A DNA stretch of 64,000 bases from Octopus sinensis. Its lineage: Eukaryota. The DNA lies in assembly GCF_006345805.1 (NCBI RefSeq), contig NC_043014.1, positions 11,532,001 to 11,596,000 on the forward strand. Direction: 5' to 3'. A model generated the notes under the pieces. That model worked only from the letters and a program-made list of their open reading frames with translations, did no database searches and was not told where the DNA came from. Below, one piece after another: positions 36,185 to 48,953 of this stretch (the first letter of the stretch is position 1; each line of letters begins with the position of its first letter). The translations under genes were made by a program, and so were the position numbers.

Positions 36185-37024
36185 TGCACCAAATTCAGAC
36201 TCACTTAAATATTATATACTGCGCTATGTTCAGACTCACTTGAATATTATATACTGCGCTATGTTCAGACTCACTTGAATATTATATACTGCGCTATGTT
36301 CAGACTCAATTGAATATTATATACTGCACTATGTTCAGACTCAATTGAATATTATATACTGCACTATGTTCAGACTCATTTGAATATTATATACTGCACT
36401 ATGTTCAGACTCAATTGAATATTATATACTGCACTATGTTCAGACTCATTTGAATATTATATACTGCGCTATGTTCAGACTCACTTGAATATTATATACT
36501 GCGCTATGTTCAGACTCAATTGAATATTATATACTGCGCTATGTTCAGACTCACTTAAATATTATATACTGCGCTATGTTCAGACTCACTTGAATATTAT
36601 ATACTACTGCGCTATGTTCAGACTCAATTGAATATTATATACTACTGCGCTATGTTCAGACTCAATTGAATATTATATACTGCGCTATGTTCAGACTCAC
36701 TTGAATATTATATACTGCGCTATGTTCAGACTCACTTGAATATTATATACTGCGCTATGTTCAGACTCAATTGAATATTATATACTGCGCTATGTTCAGA
36801 CTCAATTGAATATTATATACTGCGCTATGTTCAGACTCACTTGAATATTATATACTGCGCTATGTTCAGACTCACTTGAATATTATATACTGCGCTATGT
36901 TCAGACTCACTTGAATATTATATACTGCGCTATGTTCAGACTCACTTGAATATTATATACTGCACCAAATTCAGACTCACTTAAATATTATATACTGCGC
37001 TATGTTCAGACTCACTTGAATATT
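36185..37024. repeat. 35-bp minisatellite, 24 units (last partial)
   Basis: Consensus TGCGCTATGTTCAGACTCACTTGAATATTATATAC. Units abut directly; two units carry a TAC insertion. Confidence 0.97.
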
Positions 37025-37398
37025 GCACTCACTTGTACACGCTGTGTTTCATTATTCAGATACACATTAGAATGTATTAAATTCGGTACATTACATTCAG
37101 AATAATTTGAATATAAACTTGTTTTTATTTATACAGCAGTTCAGATTCTCTCCACTGGTACCTGAGATGCTTATTTCTAATCTTGCATCACATCCACCTT
37201 TTAATGTACGTTTCGTGTGCATTTAAAAAAAAACATGTATTCTCGTATTCGTTGTTTAACAACCATCTTTCTGCAGATCATGTCTTACTTCTAGATTTTG
37301 CTCGTTCTTACGCAACTAACTCTGTTGGAGGAGATTAGTGTAACAAATAGAAATATTAAAATTTCTAAGTCTCTCTAAAGGCGACTACGGTCAGCGGT

Positions 37399-37715
37399 AC
37401 TGGATATTAATAGTTATCGCCAAGCTAATATGGCAGTCCAGAAATATAGGACGAATGCTGTCGTTGATTAGCTCCAGCAGGCTATCGCCTCAAGCTAGCT
37501 ACGTGACACACGAACCTGTGTCCATTATAATGATTAGCTAGAGGCGATGGCCTCTTGGAGTTAATCAACGGCAGCATTCGTCCTATATTTCTGGACTGCC
37601 ATATTAGCTTGGCGATAATTATTGATGTAACAAATCTCTGCCATAATTTGAACCGCCATCCTTTTCAGTTAGGAAAATTTTCATAAGCAAAAATCTTTTA
37701 CATTGAGTGATGTCA
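37399..37715. mobile_element. Hairpin (foldback) element, copy 1, ~95-bp arms
   Basis: TTATCGCCAAGCTAATATGGCAGTCCAGAAATATAGGACGAATGCTG is mirrored at ~37580-37620; a small GACACA/TGTGTC hairpin lies in the loop. Confidence 0.8.
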
Positions 37716-37902
37716 TCAGTTTGAATATGATGCAAGCTGTTAATCTGCACAGATGTGCAAGCCGCAAGTTTGCATAGCTCAAAAACCATATATTCTCAAC
37801 TCATGGTACATCAAGGATTTATGGCAAGGAAGTGCAGAGACGAAGTGTGCCTGGCACTGTAGTTATGAACAGATGTTGTGGGTAAAGCAAATATGACAAC
37901 TA
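37716..37902 (-). repeat. Right arm of 187-bp inverted repeat
   Basis: Reverse complement of 35981-36167. Confidence 0.92.
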
Positions 37903-37904
37903 TG

Positions 37905-38810
37905 ACTGGATATTAATAGTTATCGCCAAGCTAATATGGCAGTCCAGAAATATAGGACGAATGCAGCCGTTGATTAGCTCCAAGAGGCTATCGCCTAGCT
38001 ATGTGACACACGAACCTGTGTCTATTATAACGATTAGCTAGAGGTGATGGCCTCTTGGAGCTAATCAACGGCAGCATTCGTCCTATATTTCTGGACTGAC
38101 ATATTAGCTTGGCGATAACTATTAATGTAACAAATCTCTGCCATAATTTGATCCGCCATCCTTTCCAGTTAGGAAAATTTTCATAAGCAAAAATCTTTTA
38201 CGTTGCGTGATGTCATAAATAGACGAACCAATGATGCCCAGCAATAACAACACATTTAGCTCCATGAGGCCATCGCCTCTAGCTAGCTATGTGACACACG
38301 AACCTGTGTCTATTATAATGATTAGCTAGAGGTGATGGCCTCTTGGAGCTAATCAACGGCAGCATTCGTCCTATATTTCTGGACTGACATATTAGCTTGG
38401 CGATAACTATTAATGTAACAAAATCTCGCCATAATTTGATCCGCCATCCTTTCCAGTTAGGAAAATTTTCATAAGCAAAAATCTTTTACGTTGCGTGATG
38501 TCATAAATAGACGAACCAATGATGCCCAGCAATAACAACACATTTAGCTCCATGAGGCCATCGCCTCTAGCTAGCTATGTGACACACGAACCTGTGTCTA
38601 TTATAATGATTAGCTAGAGGTGATGGCCTCTTGGAGCTAATCAACGGCAGCATTCGTCCTATATTTCTGGACTGACATATTAGCTTGGCGATAACTATTA
38701 ATGTAACAAATCTCTGCCATAATTTGATCCGCCATCCTTTCCAGTTAGGAAAATTTTCATAAGCAAAAATCTTTTACGTTGCGTGATGTCATAAAAAGAC
38801 GAACCAATGG
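37905..38810. repeat. Hairpin element copy 2 continuing as a 288-bp tandem repeat (~3 units)
   Basis: GTGACACACG recurs at 38003, 38291 and 38579. Confidence 0.92.
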
Positions 38811-39227
38811 GTCGGTCCAACAACAACACATTTAGTTCTTTGTCTGGCGTTAGCAAAAATACATGACGAACCAAAAGTTGTTGACGGCGAATCAGTCAAG
38901 TCGACTCAGCTTGGTTGATTAGTGAAAAAGAAAGACAGGAGCAAACGACAGATAGACGAACGGTGACAGACAGAGTGACAGGCAAATGACAGACAGGACA
39001 GAAAAGAGAACGGAACGCTGTCATGTATTCATACCAGGCATTATTCCCGATCAGCTGACACGGGAGGCCAGATTAATTAAATATGACGAATCTGCAACAT
39101 GGAGTGACCTAACTCCTACAAGTGAAGGGCAACACAGAGGCCGTTGACACTCATATTCATTCACTCATCCTCTTTCTCTCTCTCTTTCTTTCTTTCCCTC
39201 CTCCCTCTCTCTCTCGTCTATATATAT

Positions 39228-41656
39228 TTCTTTATTGCCCACAAGGGGCTTAACATAGAGGGGACAAACAAGGACAGACAAAGGGATTAAGTCGATTACA
39301 TCGACCCCAGTGCAAGACTGGTACTTTATTTATCGACCCCGAAAGGATGAAAGGCAAAGTCGACTTCGGCGGAATTTGAACTCAGAACGTAACAGCAGAC
39401 GAAATACCTATTTCTTTATTACCCACAAGGGGCTAAACATAGAGAGGACGAACAAGGACAGACAAAGGGATTAAGTCGATTACATCGACCCCAGTGCAAG
39501 ACTGGTACTTTATTTATCGACCCCGAAAGGATGAAAGGCAAAGTCGACTTCGGCGGAATTTGAACTCAGAACGTAACAGCAGACGAAATACCTATTTCTT
39601 TATTACCCACAAGGGGCTAAACATAGAGAGGACGAACAAGGACAGACAAAGGGATTAAGTCGATTACATCGACCCCAGTGCAAGACTGGTACTTTATTTA
39701 TCGACCCCGAAAGGATGAAAGGCAAAGTCGACTTCGGCGGAATTTGAACTCAAACGTAACAGCAGACGAAATACCTATTTCTTTATTACCCACAAGGGCT
39801 AAACATAGAGAGGACGAACAAGGACAGACAAAGGGATTAAGTCGATTACATCGACCCCAGTGCAAGACTGGTACTTTATTTATCGACCCCGAAAGGATGA
39901 AAGCAAAGTCGACTTCGGCGGAATTTGAACTCAGAACGTAACAGCAGACGAAATACCTATTTCTTTATTACCCACAAGGGGCTACATAGAGAGGACGAAC
40001 AAGGACAGACAAAGGGATTAAGTCGATTACATCGACCCCAGTGCAAGACTGGTACTTTATTATCGACCCCGAAAGGATGAAAGGCAAAGTCGACTTCGGC
40101 GGAATTTGAACTCAGAACGTAACAGCAGACGAAATACCTATTTCTTTATTACCCACAAGGGGCTAAACATAGAGAGGACGAACAAGGACAGACAAAGGGA
40201 TTAAGTCGATTACATCGAACCAAGTGCAAAGACTGGTACTTTATTTATCGACCCCGAAAGGATGAAAGGCAAAGTCGACTTCGGCGGAATTTGAACTCAG
40301 AACGTAACAGCAGACGAAATACCTATTTCTTTATTACCCACAAGGGGCTAAACATAGAGAGGACGAACAAGGACAGACAAAGGGATTAAGTCGATTACAT
40401 CGACCCCAGTGCAAGACTGGTACTTTATTTATCGACCCCGAAAGGATGAAAGGCAAAGTCGACTTCGGCGGAATTTGAACTCAGAACGTAACAGCAGACG
40501 AAATACCTATTTCTTTATTACCCACAAGGGGCTAAACATAGAGAGGACGAACAAGGACAGACAAAGGGATTAAGTCGATTACATCGACCCCAGTGCAAGA
40601 CTGGTACTTTATTATCGACCCCGAAAGGATGAAAGGCAAAGTCGACTCGGCGGAATTTGAACTCAGAACGTAACAGCAGACGAAATACCTATTTCTTTAT
40701 TCCCACAAGGGGCTAAACATAGAGAGGACGAACAAGGACAGACAAAGGGATTAAGTCGATTACATCGACCCCAGTGCAAGACTGGTACTTTATTTATCGA
40801 CCCCGAAAGAATGAAAGGCAAAGTCGACTTCGGCGGAATTTGAACTCAGAACGTAACAGCAGACGATTATACTATTTCTTTATTACCACAAGGGGCTAAA
40901 CATAGAGAGGACGAACAATGACAGACAAAGGGATTAAGTCGATTACATCGACCCCAGTGCAAGACTGGTACTTTATTTATCGACCCCGAAAGGATGAAGG
41001 CAAAGTCGACTTCGGCGGAATTTGAACTCAGAACGTAACAGAGACGAAATACCTATTTCTTTATTACTACAAGGGGCTAAACATAGAGAGGACGAACAAT
41101 GACAGACAAAGGGATTAAGTCGATTAATCGACCCCAGTTGCAAGACTGGTACTTTATTTATCGACCCCGAAAGGATTGAAAGGCAAAGTCGACTTCGGCG
41201 GAATTTGAACTCAGAACGTAACAGCAGACGAAATACCTATTTCTTTATTACCCACAAGGGGCTAAACATAGAGAGGAGAACAATGACAGACAAGGGATTA
41301 AGTCGATTACATCGACCCCAGTGCAAGACTGGTACTTTATTTATCGACCCCGAAAGGATGAAAGGCAAAGTCGACTTCGGCGGCGGAATTTGAACTCAGA
41401 ACGTAACAGCAGACGAAATACCTATTTCTTTATTACCCAGAAGGGGCTAAACATAGAGAGGACGAACAATGACAGACAAACGGATTAAGTCGATTGCATC
41501 GACGCCAGTGCGTACGTGGTACTTATTTAATCGACCTCGAAAGGATGAAAGGCAAAGTCGACCTCGGCGGAATTTGAACTCAGAACGTAACGGCAGACGA
41601 AATACCGCTAAGCATTTCGCCCGGCGTGCTAACGTTTCTACCAACTCGCCGCCTTC
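39228..41656 (-). repeat. SINE family A tandem array: 13 x ~184-bp units and one head
   Basis: CGACTTCGGC at 39361 and 39545 (period 184); 13 ACCCACAAGG-type starts between 39237 and ~41436; head GCTAAGCATTTCGCCCGGCG...CTCGCCGCCTT only at the right end. Confidence 0.97.
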
Positions 41657-41659
41657 ATG

Positions 41660-41783
41660 CCGGAGCCGCGTGGAACATAGGTGTTTCGCTCATAAACACA
41701 CACATCGTCCGGTCTGAGATTCGAACCCGCGGTCTCTTGACCGCGAGTCCGCTGCTCTAACCACTAGCCCATGTACCTCCACC
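41660..41783 (-). mobile_element. SINE family C head, degenerate
   Basis: CCCGCGGTC..GACCGCGAGTCCGCTGCTCTAACCACTAG...CCTCCA. Confidence 0.65.
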
Positions 41784-42050
41784 CCTCTCTCTCTCTCATC
41801 TATATAACGACCGCAGTCAAAATTATTAAAGCAGTTTCGATATCCTTGGACCGTTGAGTCCAGTACAAGCTTTTAACACTAGATATATGATGAATCCAAG
41901 ACGAACACCTACTCTTCCCAGTCACCCAACTCCCAAGCAACTCTTATTTTTTATTGTTACATTGATTATTTTACTATAATCGTGATTTATTATACACCGT
42001 CAATATTTTAGTACAATTGAATGCTGTTATTTTTTGTTACTAAGAAACAC

Positions 42051-42084
<34 letters not shown>

Positions 42085-42091
42085 ACACACA

Positions 42092-42132
<41 letters not shown>

Positions 42133-42738
42133 AAACAAACACAAACACACACAGAATGTTGCAAAACAGGAGATATTGTTTATAAGGTATTTGGCTACAT
42201 AATCTTACGTACGTTTCATTAACAAAAAAATGAATGGTAGTTACATCGTGTAAATTATATAGTCAAAATGTACTGCCAAATCTTCAGTGACTTGTAACAT
42301 TTATATCATATGTAACATTATTAGATTGCAGAAATAATAACAAACATCGGTGCGATGGTCACTGCTGTCAGCAATTGAAGTTCTAAATTCATAGAGTTGT
42401 ATTGTGAATACACACACACACACACACACATACGGGGTGGGACTGAGCAATCATAAAAATAGTTTTATTTTTATGATTTCGTTTCTTTTTGAAAAGTTTA
42501 ATTACTGTCTTTTACCTTTACTTGTTTATAATTTGACTGCGGCCATGCTGGGGCACTGCTTTGAAAAGCTGCATATCACGTACCCGGCAGGGAATCGAAC
42601 CCCACCCAGATTCCTACGTGACAAGCGAGGATATTTACCAGTACGCTACCGAGGACTGGTACTTTTCTTTTACCTTTTTTACCCCTCTTTTTTCATTGTG
42701 GAGATTCCTGTACTTCATTTTAAAATGGAAAGTACAGA

Positions 42739-42799
<61 letters not shown>

Positions 42800-43554
42800 A
42801 TTCTTTCCATCAGTGAAATAACGACGTTTCAGAATTTTTAGCTTCGCCTGTTCAGCATGCAAGATACAAGCCAGTTTCTTGTTATTTTGCTGGGGTTTTT
42901 TCTTGAGAGAGAACTTCAGTTGTAATGAAGGTGACTGGAGTTAAGCAGGTATTTATACATTGGTGTGATGTTAGGCTGCGTGCTGTCCCAAGATAAAACC
43001 AATATTTACTTAATTACCAAGTTACTTGCCAGTAGTGTATTTTACCAGTAGTAAAGAAAAGTTCATGCGTACTTTAATAACAGAAATGAATAGGATCGCA
43101 TTTGAAGAGGAGAAAAATACTCCATACTTCATCGTTGTCGATTCCGTTAACCTAGGGCCGAGTAAAAATCAAGAAACTTGTCTTTTCGTACCTATAGCTT
43201 GCTTAGAACCACATGGTTCCGGGTTTATTCCCTAAAACTGACCTGTCCGGTAAGGAGGAGTAATGTGGAATTGAAAAGAATTTACCCTTTTTCTTTTTTT
43301 GTCTCTCCTTCAAGCATCAATCAATAGCTTCACCACTATTATAATGTAAATCTTTTTGAACTCATAATATCCTGTACGTGTATACTGAACTTTTTCAATA
43401 ATTCCTCCTGGAAATTATCATGAGATGTATAATATATTTGTTGTAATCTTTGTGCCCATTATTTCAATGAGCTTGTTAAACTTTTTATTCTCAACATACT
43501 CTTGTCACCAAAGAATGTATATTTATATGGATTATAGTACTCTGTGTCAACCAA

Positions 43555-43654
43555 NNNNNNNNNNNNNNNNNNNNNNNNNNNNNNNNNNNNNNNNNNNNNN
43601 NNNNNNNNNNNNNNNNNNNNNNNNNNNNNNNNNNNNNNNNNNNNNNNNNNNNNN
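43555..43654. other. Assembly gap (100 N)
   Basis: Exactly 100 N, typical of a gap of unknown size. Confidence 1.
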
Positions 43655-43801
43655 TAAGTGAGAGAGCGAAAGTAGGAGAGACAGTAAGAGAGAGAGAGAG
43701 AGAGAGAGGCTGAGTTAAAAGAGAAAGAGTAAGATAGAAATAGAGAGAGAGGGAGTAAGAGACTGTTTTTAGTTTTTTCAAAATTTTTATAAACAAACAA
43801 A
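43655..43801 (+). promoter_or_regulatory. 5' UTR/proximal upstream region of CYHR1 with (GA)n tracts
   Basis: GA-rich segment just before AAACAAAATGG, an A-rich invertebrate Kozak-like context. TSS unknown. Confidence 0.4.
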
Positions 43802-44020
43802 ATGGCCGAGCGGAGCCCACCGCGTATACAAACGGAAAGCTTGCAGGAGGACGACAGCAATAAGGAGAACAACAGTGAGAACTTCGAACCAATAAAGAAA
43901 AAACCTAAAGTAGAGTGTAGCAATCAGATCGAAGGAAGCGAACAGTACAAGCTCGAAGAAAGACTCTGTGGTATTCTTTGCTGTGCTGTCTGCCTCGACC
44001 TTCCCCGAATCTGCTACCAG
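43802..44020 (+). CDS. CYHR1: Cysteine and histidine-rich protein 1 (ZFTRAF1), coding exon 1
   Basis: 73 codons MAERSPP...IKKKPKV...KLEERLCGILCCAVCLDLPRICYQ, matching the recalled human [25 protein letters not shown]. Phase-0 donor CAG|GTTGGT. Confidence 0.93.
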
Positions 44021-44759
44021 GTTGGTTGGTCGCTTTTTATTATTATACTTGTCTACTAATTACCATCATATTCAACATATCCAAATCCAATCCCAGTCCC
44101 TGGAGCAGTATTTCATAACACAATCATCCAGGATCACCCTACTTTCCTCCTTCCTTTTATTTCCTATATAAAAATAATAATAATTAAAGCATAAATCCTT
44201 CCCTGTAATTAAAACCTCAGTTCCACTCCAGTCCGCATTATGAATGTCGCCTTAGGTGTATGGTATCTCTATCATATTTTATGATATTTTCATCGTATTT
44301 TAAACTTGATCGATTTTGGAGACTTGGTGTTTCCTTCTGCTGAAGCATTGATAAAAATCAACAAGCAAATTTATTGTTATTATTATTTATTTTTCGTCTT
44401 TTTTTCCAGATGAATACGAGATTTTGAAATATGCTCTGTTTATTTTTTGTTTATTCTCTCTCGTCCTGATTGCGAGAAATTTGTCCTCCCTTTCATGACA
44501 TAGATAGTTCTCACAGATATCCTCACAGCATAATTACATTTGAGTGTGTGTAGGTGTGTGTGTGTGTGCTTGTGGGTAGGTGTGTGTGTGTGTGTATGTA
44601 TTTACACGCATATGTATACATGCATAGATATACATACACACGCATGTGTATGCGTACCCACTGATGTGTCTGTGAGTGTATGTAGATTTATATATGTATG
44701 TTTATATTTATATATTTAACATAATTTGAGGTCTCTTTCTTTCTTTTGTTGTCTTACCA

Positions 44760-44788
44760 TTTTTATCAATACATACATCATACATACA

Positions 44789-44822
<34 letters not shown>

Positions 44823-44834
44823 CATACATGTATA

Positions 44835-44886
<52 letters not shown>

Positions 44887-45098
44887 CATACATATATATA
44901 TATACATACATATATATATATACATACATATATATATACATACATACATATATATACACACACACACATATATATATATACATACATACATATATATACA
45001 CACACACACATATATATATATATAACATATATCTATACATACACACATATATATACACATACATACATCATACTACATACTACATACATACTACATAT

Positions 45099-45138
<40 letters not shown>

Positions 45139-45797
45139 TATATATATATACACAACACATACATATATATATATATATTCGGTGGCTGCTGCGGCACGAA
45201 TATTTATATCTAGGCTCATTACAAAACTTATTCTCCAATGGAGCATAATAAAAAACAAGAGCAATATTTTCCCCCCCAAAAGTGTTACACAGCTCGCAAT
45301 TAGCAATTATATTAATGTTGTTTACTTAGCTTAGCTTATAGCTTGTTCAGTACCCGTACGCACCAGTTTCATGTTTATTTCATTCCACAGCAAAATAAAA
45401 CTGTCACAAACCATCGTTTTAAGGTCGTCGCCCTCATCTTGACAATCGTCATTGCCTTTTGTCGAATTTTTTTTATTCATTCAAAATGTGCTAAATTACA
45501 CCTTACAATATTATCAATGTTTTTTCCATTTTTTTTTATTAGCGTATGTTATTTGGATCGCCTTCCTATGAATTACTGAATACTGAATGCAATTAAGCAA
45601 ATAAACAATGAGCGCATTTTGGTTTTTATTAGCTTTGTTCGAAGTAATATTATTGCCTGTTTTATTTATATAACTTATTCAAAAGGCCTGTGGGGTTTCT
45701 GGGTTCTGCCGATCTAATCTGTAATATACAATATTTAGATGAAGCTCGTACTCCTGTTGAAAGCACTGGAGTCGATTTTATATATAATATATATAAG

Positions 45798-45834
<37 letters not shown>

Positions 45835-45837
45835 TAC

Positions 45838-45877
<40 letters not shown>

Positions 45878-45951
45878 ATATTATATATATATAGTCGTCA
45901 CCTTATATATTACACATATATATACATACATATATATATACATACATACAT

Positions 45952-45984
<33 letters not shown>

Positions 45985-46538
45985 TATATAGTGTGTGTGT
46001 GTGTATACATATAGATGTAGGTATGTACATATATGTATGTATGTATGCATATGTTTTATTTATTAAATTGTTAGTATATTATATATATATATATTACATA
46101 TATATGTGTGTGTGTGTGTGTGTATGTGTGTGTGTAGGTTTGTGCATATGTCGGAAATCAATATTTAATATATTTTGCTTTTGTTCTTTTAAAAATATTG
46201 TTTTGCTAGCGTTAAAGTTGTGAACAGACTTCAGCTTTTGCTCCCACGAACCCCTAGTAAAAAAAAAAAAGCGACAGACACAGACAGACAGATATAGATA
46301 TATATATATATATATATAGTATATATATCTATATATATATATTTAATAACAATATAATAAATAAAACATGCATACATGCATACATATATGTACATATCTA
46401 CATCTATATGTATATATACATGCATATATGAGTACAGGACACCACAATTAAACGTAGAACACACACACACACATGTATATATATATATATATATTCATGT
46501 GAATTCTTTAGAATTCACTTGAATCTCAATTATTAACG

Positions 46539-46574
<36 letters not shown>

Positions 46575-46592
46575 ACATATATATATATTATA

Positions 46593-46650
<58 letters not shown>
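44760..46650. repeat. Series of TA/CA/TACA microsatellite tracts in intron 1
   Basis: Tracts at ~44760-45180, 45780-46135, 46290-46400 and 46535-46648. Confidence 0.9.
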
Positions 46651-48027
46651 TAGGTGTTCATCTGAAAAGAGTAGAAGTTTGTTATCGTACGTGTATGGCC
46701 AATGTTCTTTGTAAACCAAACGAACAATTGTTGCTATATAATTTTTACATTTAACAATGCATTTACTATGTGCGCGAGCTGGGCGCTGTTATCTGTTTTT
46801 TATTATGTGTGGCAGAAGAAAAATATATTGTCTTGCGATCAACAAAAGTATATATTCCTTGTACCAAAACATGATTTAATTAAGCTGATCCAATTTGTTA
46901 TTATTATCATTACATTCTATATTTTTGTTTTCAGGGAATCATATAATTCTCATGTGGTAAATTTTATTTCTACATCTTTATTATGACTCTGGAATGAAAT
47001 TGCCATTTATAAAGGCCGAATACTTTGGCTATATACACTCAGTGTGTTTTCTATCCATAAGGACATTATGGGTAGAATATATATATATCAGAGAGTATAT
47101 ATTTATTGCCATCAAAAAAAATAAATAAATAAAATAAAATTTAAAAATACCCATAGATGATAGAATTTTAATCATTAATTTATTTCGGAGCAAGATTAAA
47201 TATATATATATATGTTCTTTAGCGGTTTATAATTATATTTTAAGAAGTCCCAAAACTGCTCCAGTTTTTATATATATATAATTCTATCGCGTAAAAAAAA
47301 TCAGCTGCATTTAAGGTTCATAGTACGCATGCGTAATATCTGTAATCAGATGTTAAGAGCTATGTATATACATTTGTGGTTTTTGGAATGCTTTAGATAT
47401 TAAAGGTTTAGTTTCTCCTTCAGATAAAACAACCCTGAGACGAATCATAAATTAACTTCCGTTTTTTGGGATTTTTTTTTTTTGCAATGAGAAATAATCA
47501 AAGATTGAATATTTAGCGCCGTAGGTTTTGCGCTCGGGCAGAGATCTATAATGATAAGTGTTCCAGCCATGCCCATCTTGTCTGAGGGGAGGGGGGAGGT
47601 TTATCTAGAACTACACCATTTCATACGTGTATTTTTTCTTTCTCTCTTTCTAAGCGAGTAGAGTGTGATTTAGACGAGATTTGGCTACTATTTTCAGCTG
47701 GTCAAATGCCACGTACTGTTTTTTTCCCTTAAACACGCACGCACTCACACACACACACACACACACACACACAGCTCCCGGACGACTAAATCCTTGGATG
47801 TGGATTTGGTGACAAAAACTGAAAGAAGCCCATTGTGTGTGTGTATCTATCTATCTATCTATCTATCTATCATCTATCGTCTATCTATCTATCTATCTAT
47901 CTATCTATAAATAAATATAATATATATAATATATATAATATATATTATATATATATACGGAGTAAACACATAAATGTGAAACAAGTGGAAAAAAGAGTAC
48001 TCAAATACCAGAGGTAGAGTAATATAC

Positions 48028-48108
48028 TTATTTAAAAGCAGCAGAAATTCAACAAAACCTGTTACACGAAGTAACAGGTTTTGTTGAATTTCTGCTGCTT
48101 TTAAATAA
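48028..48108. repeat. Perfect 38-bp-arm palindrome of the sequence downstream of the 17851-type hammerhead
   Basis: TTATTTAAAAGCAGCAGAAATTCAACAAAACCTGTTAC-ACGAA-GTAACAGGTTTTGTTGAATTTCTGCTGCTTTTAAATAA. Confidence 0.95.
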
Positions 48109-48109
48109 A

Positions 48110-48154
<45 letters not shown>

Positions 48155-48183
48155 ACACACATACATACATTCATACATACATA

Positions 48184-48721
48184 CAGGGTGTCCATGAAGT
48201 CATGGTGCAACGCTACAAAATTAATCCATTCCTAAGCGTGAGTAATCAGAACCGGTAGAGAATACAGTTCTTCAAAAAGACGGTGCACCTTGTCACTTTG
48301 CTCTGCAAGTTTGGCGGTTTCTATACGAGAAATTTCCTAACAGATGGAAAGGAAAATGTGGACCATTATTTTGGTCTCCACGTTCACCAGATTTGACTTC
48401 TCTGGATTTCTTTTTTGTGGGGGCATGTGTGAAAAGTATTCTTTATTCAACTAAGCCTCGATCTTCAAAAGACTTGAAAGCAAGGATAACTGATGTGATT
48501 GAAGGCTTTACTGAAAATCGGCTGGAAAATGTTTTCTGAGAAGTACAGAATCGTATTTCTCTTTGTATTAGTAAAAGTTGTTGACATGTTGAAAATTAAC
48601 AAGATAAATAAAAAAATTTAGGTCATTCTTCTTTCTTATCCTTTTTACAGATTAATTCTATCATGTATAGTTGCGAAGATACGAGTATTTTAAGTTGCAC
48701 CATGACTTTATGGACACCCTG
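48184..48721 (+). mobile_element. Internally deleted Tc1/mariner DD41D (rosa-type) element
   Basis: TIR CAGGGTGTCCATGAAGTCATGGTGCAAC / GTTGCACCATGACTTTATGGACACCCTG, with TA on the left. Transposase remnant QKDGAPCH...FPNRWKGKCGPLFWSPRSPDLTSLD has 41 residues between the last two Asp; frameshifts follow. Confidence 0.88.
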
Positions 48722-48953
48722 TGTATATATATGTATGTGTGTTACATATGTTCTATAATATATGCATATATATATATACAAAGTGAGATAGGTGTTATGA
48801 GTGTAACCCACTATGGGATATCAGTTATCCAATATACTGCCAGTGAAGTACCCAAAAGGCTAATACATAAATGCTTACAATTGCAATACAATTAGTTCAT
48901 TTATTGTATTAGAGGGGCGAAGGTAAAATGTTTTATCTCAAAATCATAATACA

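Noticed and set aside
36185-37024. CRISPR array (35-bp units with a small dyad)
   Set aside because: Units abut with no unique spacers, there are no cas genes, and the context is eukaryotic. It is a minisatellite.
39228-41656. CRISPR-like or coding tandem array
   Set aside because: Units are near-identical SINE bodies; the ORFs (e.g. 39678, 41205) are incidental translations.
42805-42870. Minus-strand hammerhead (CTGAACA...GAAACGTC)
   Set aside because: G8 is lost and pairing is poor.
43425-43923. ORFs spanning the N run
   Set aside because: Open only because N codons are not stops.
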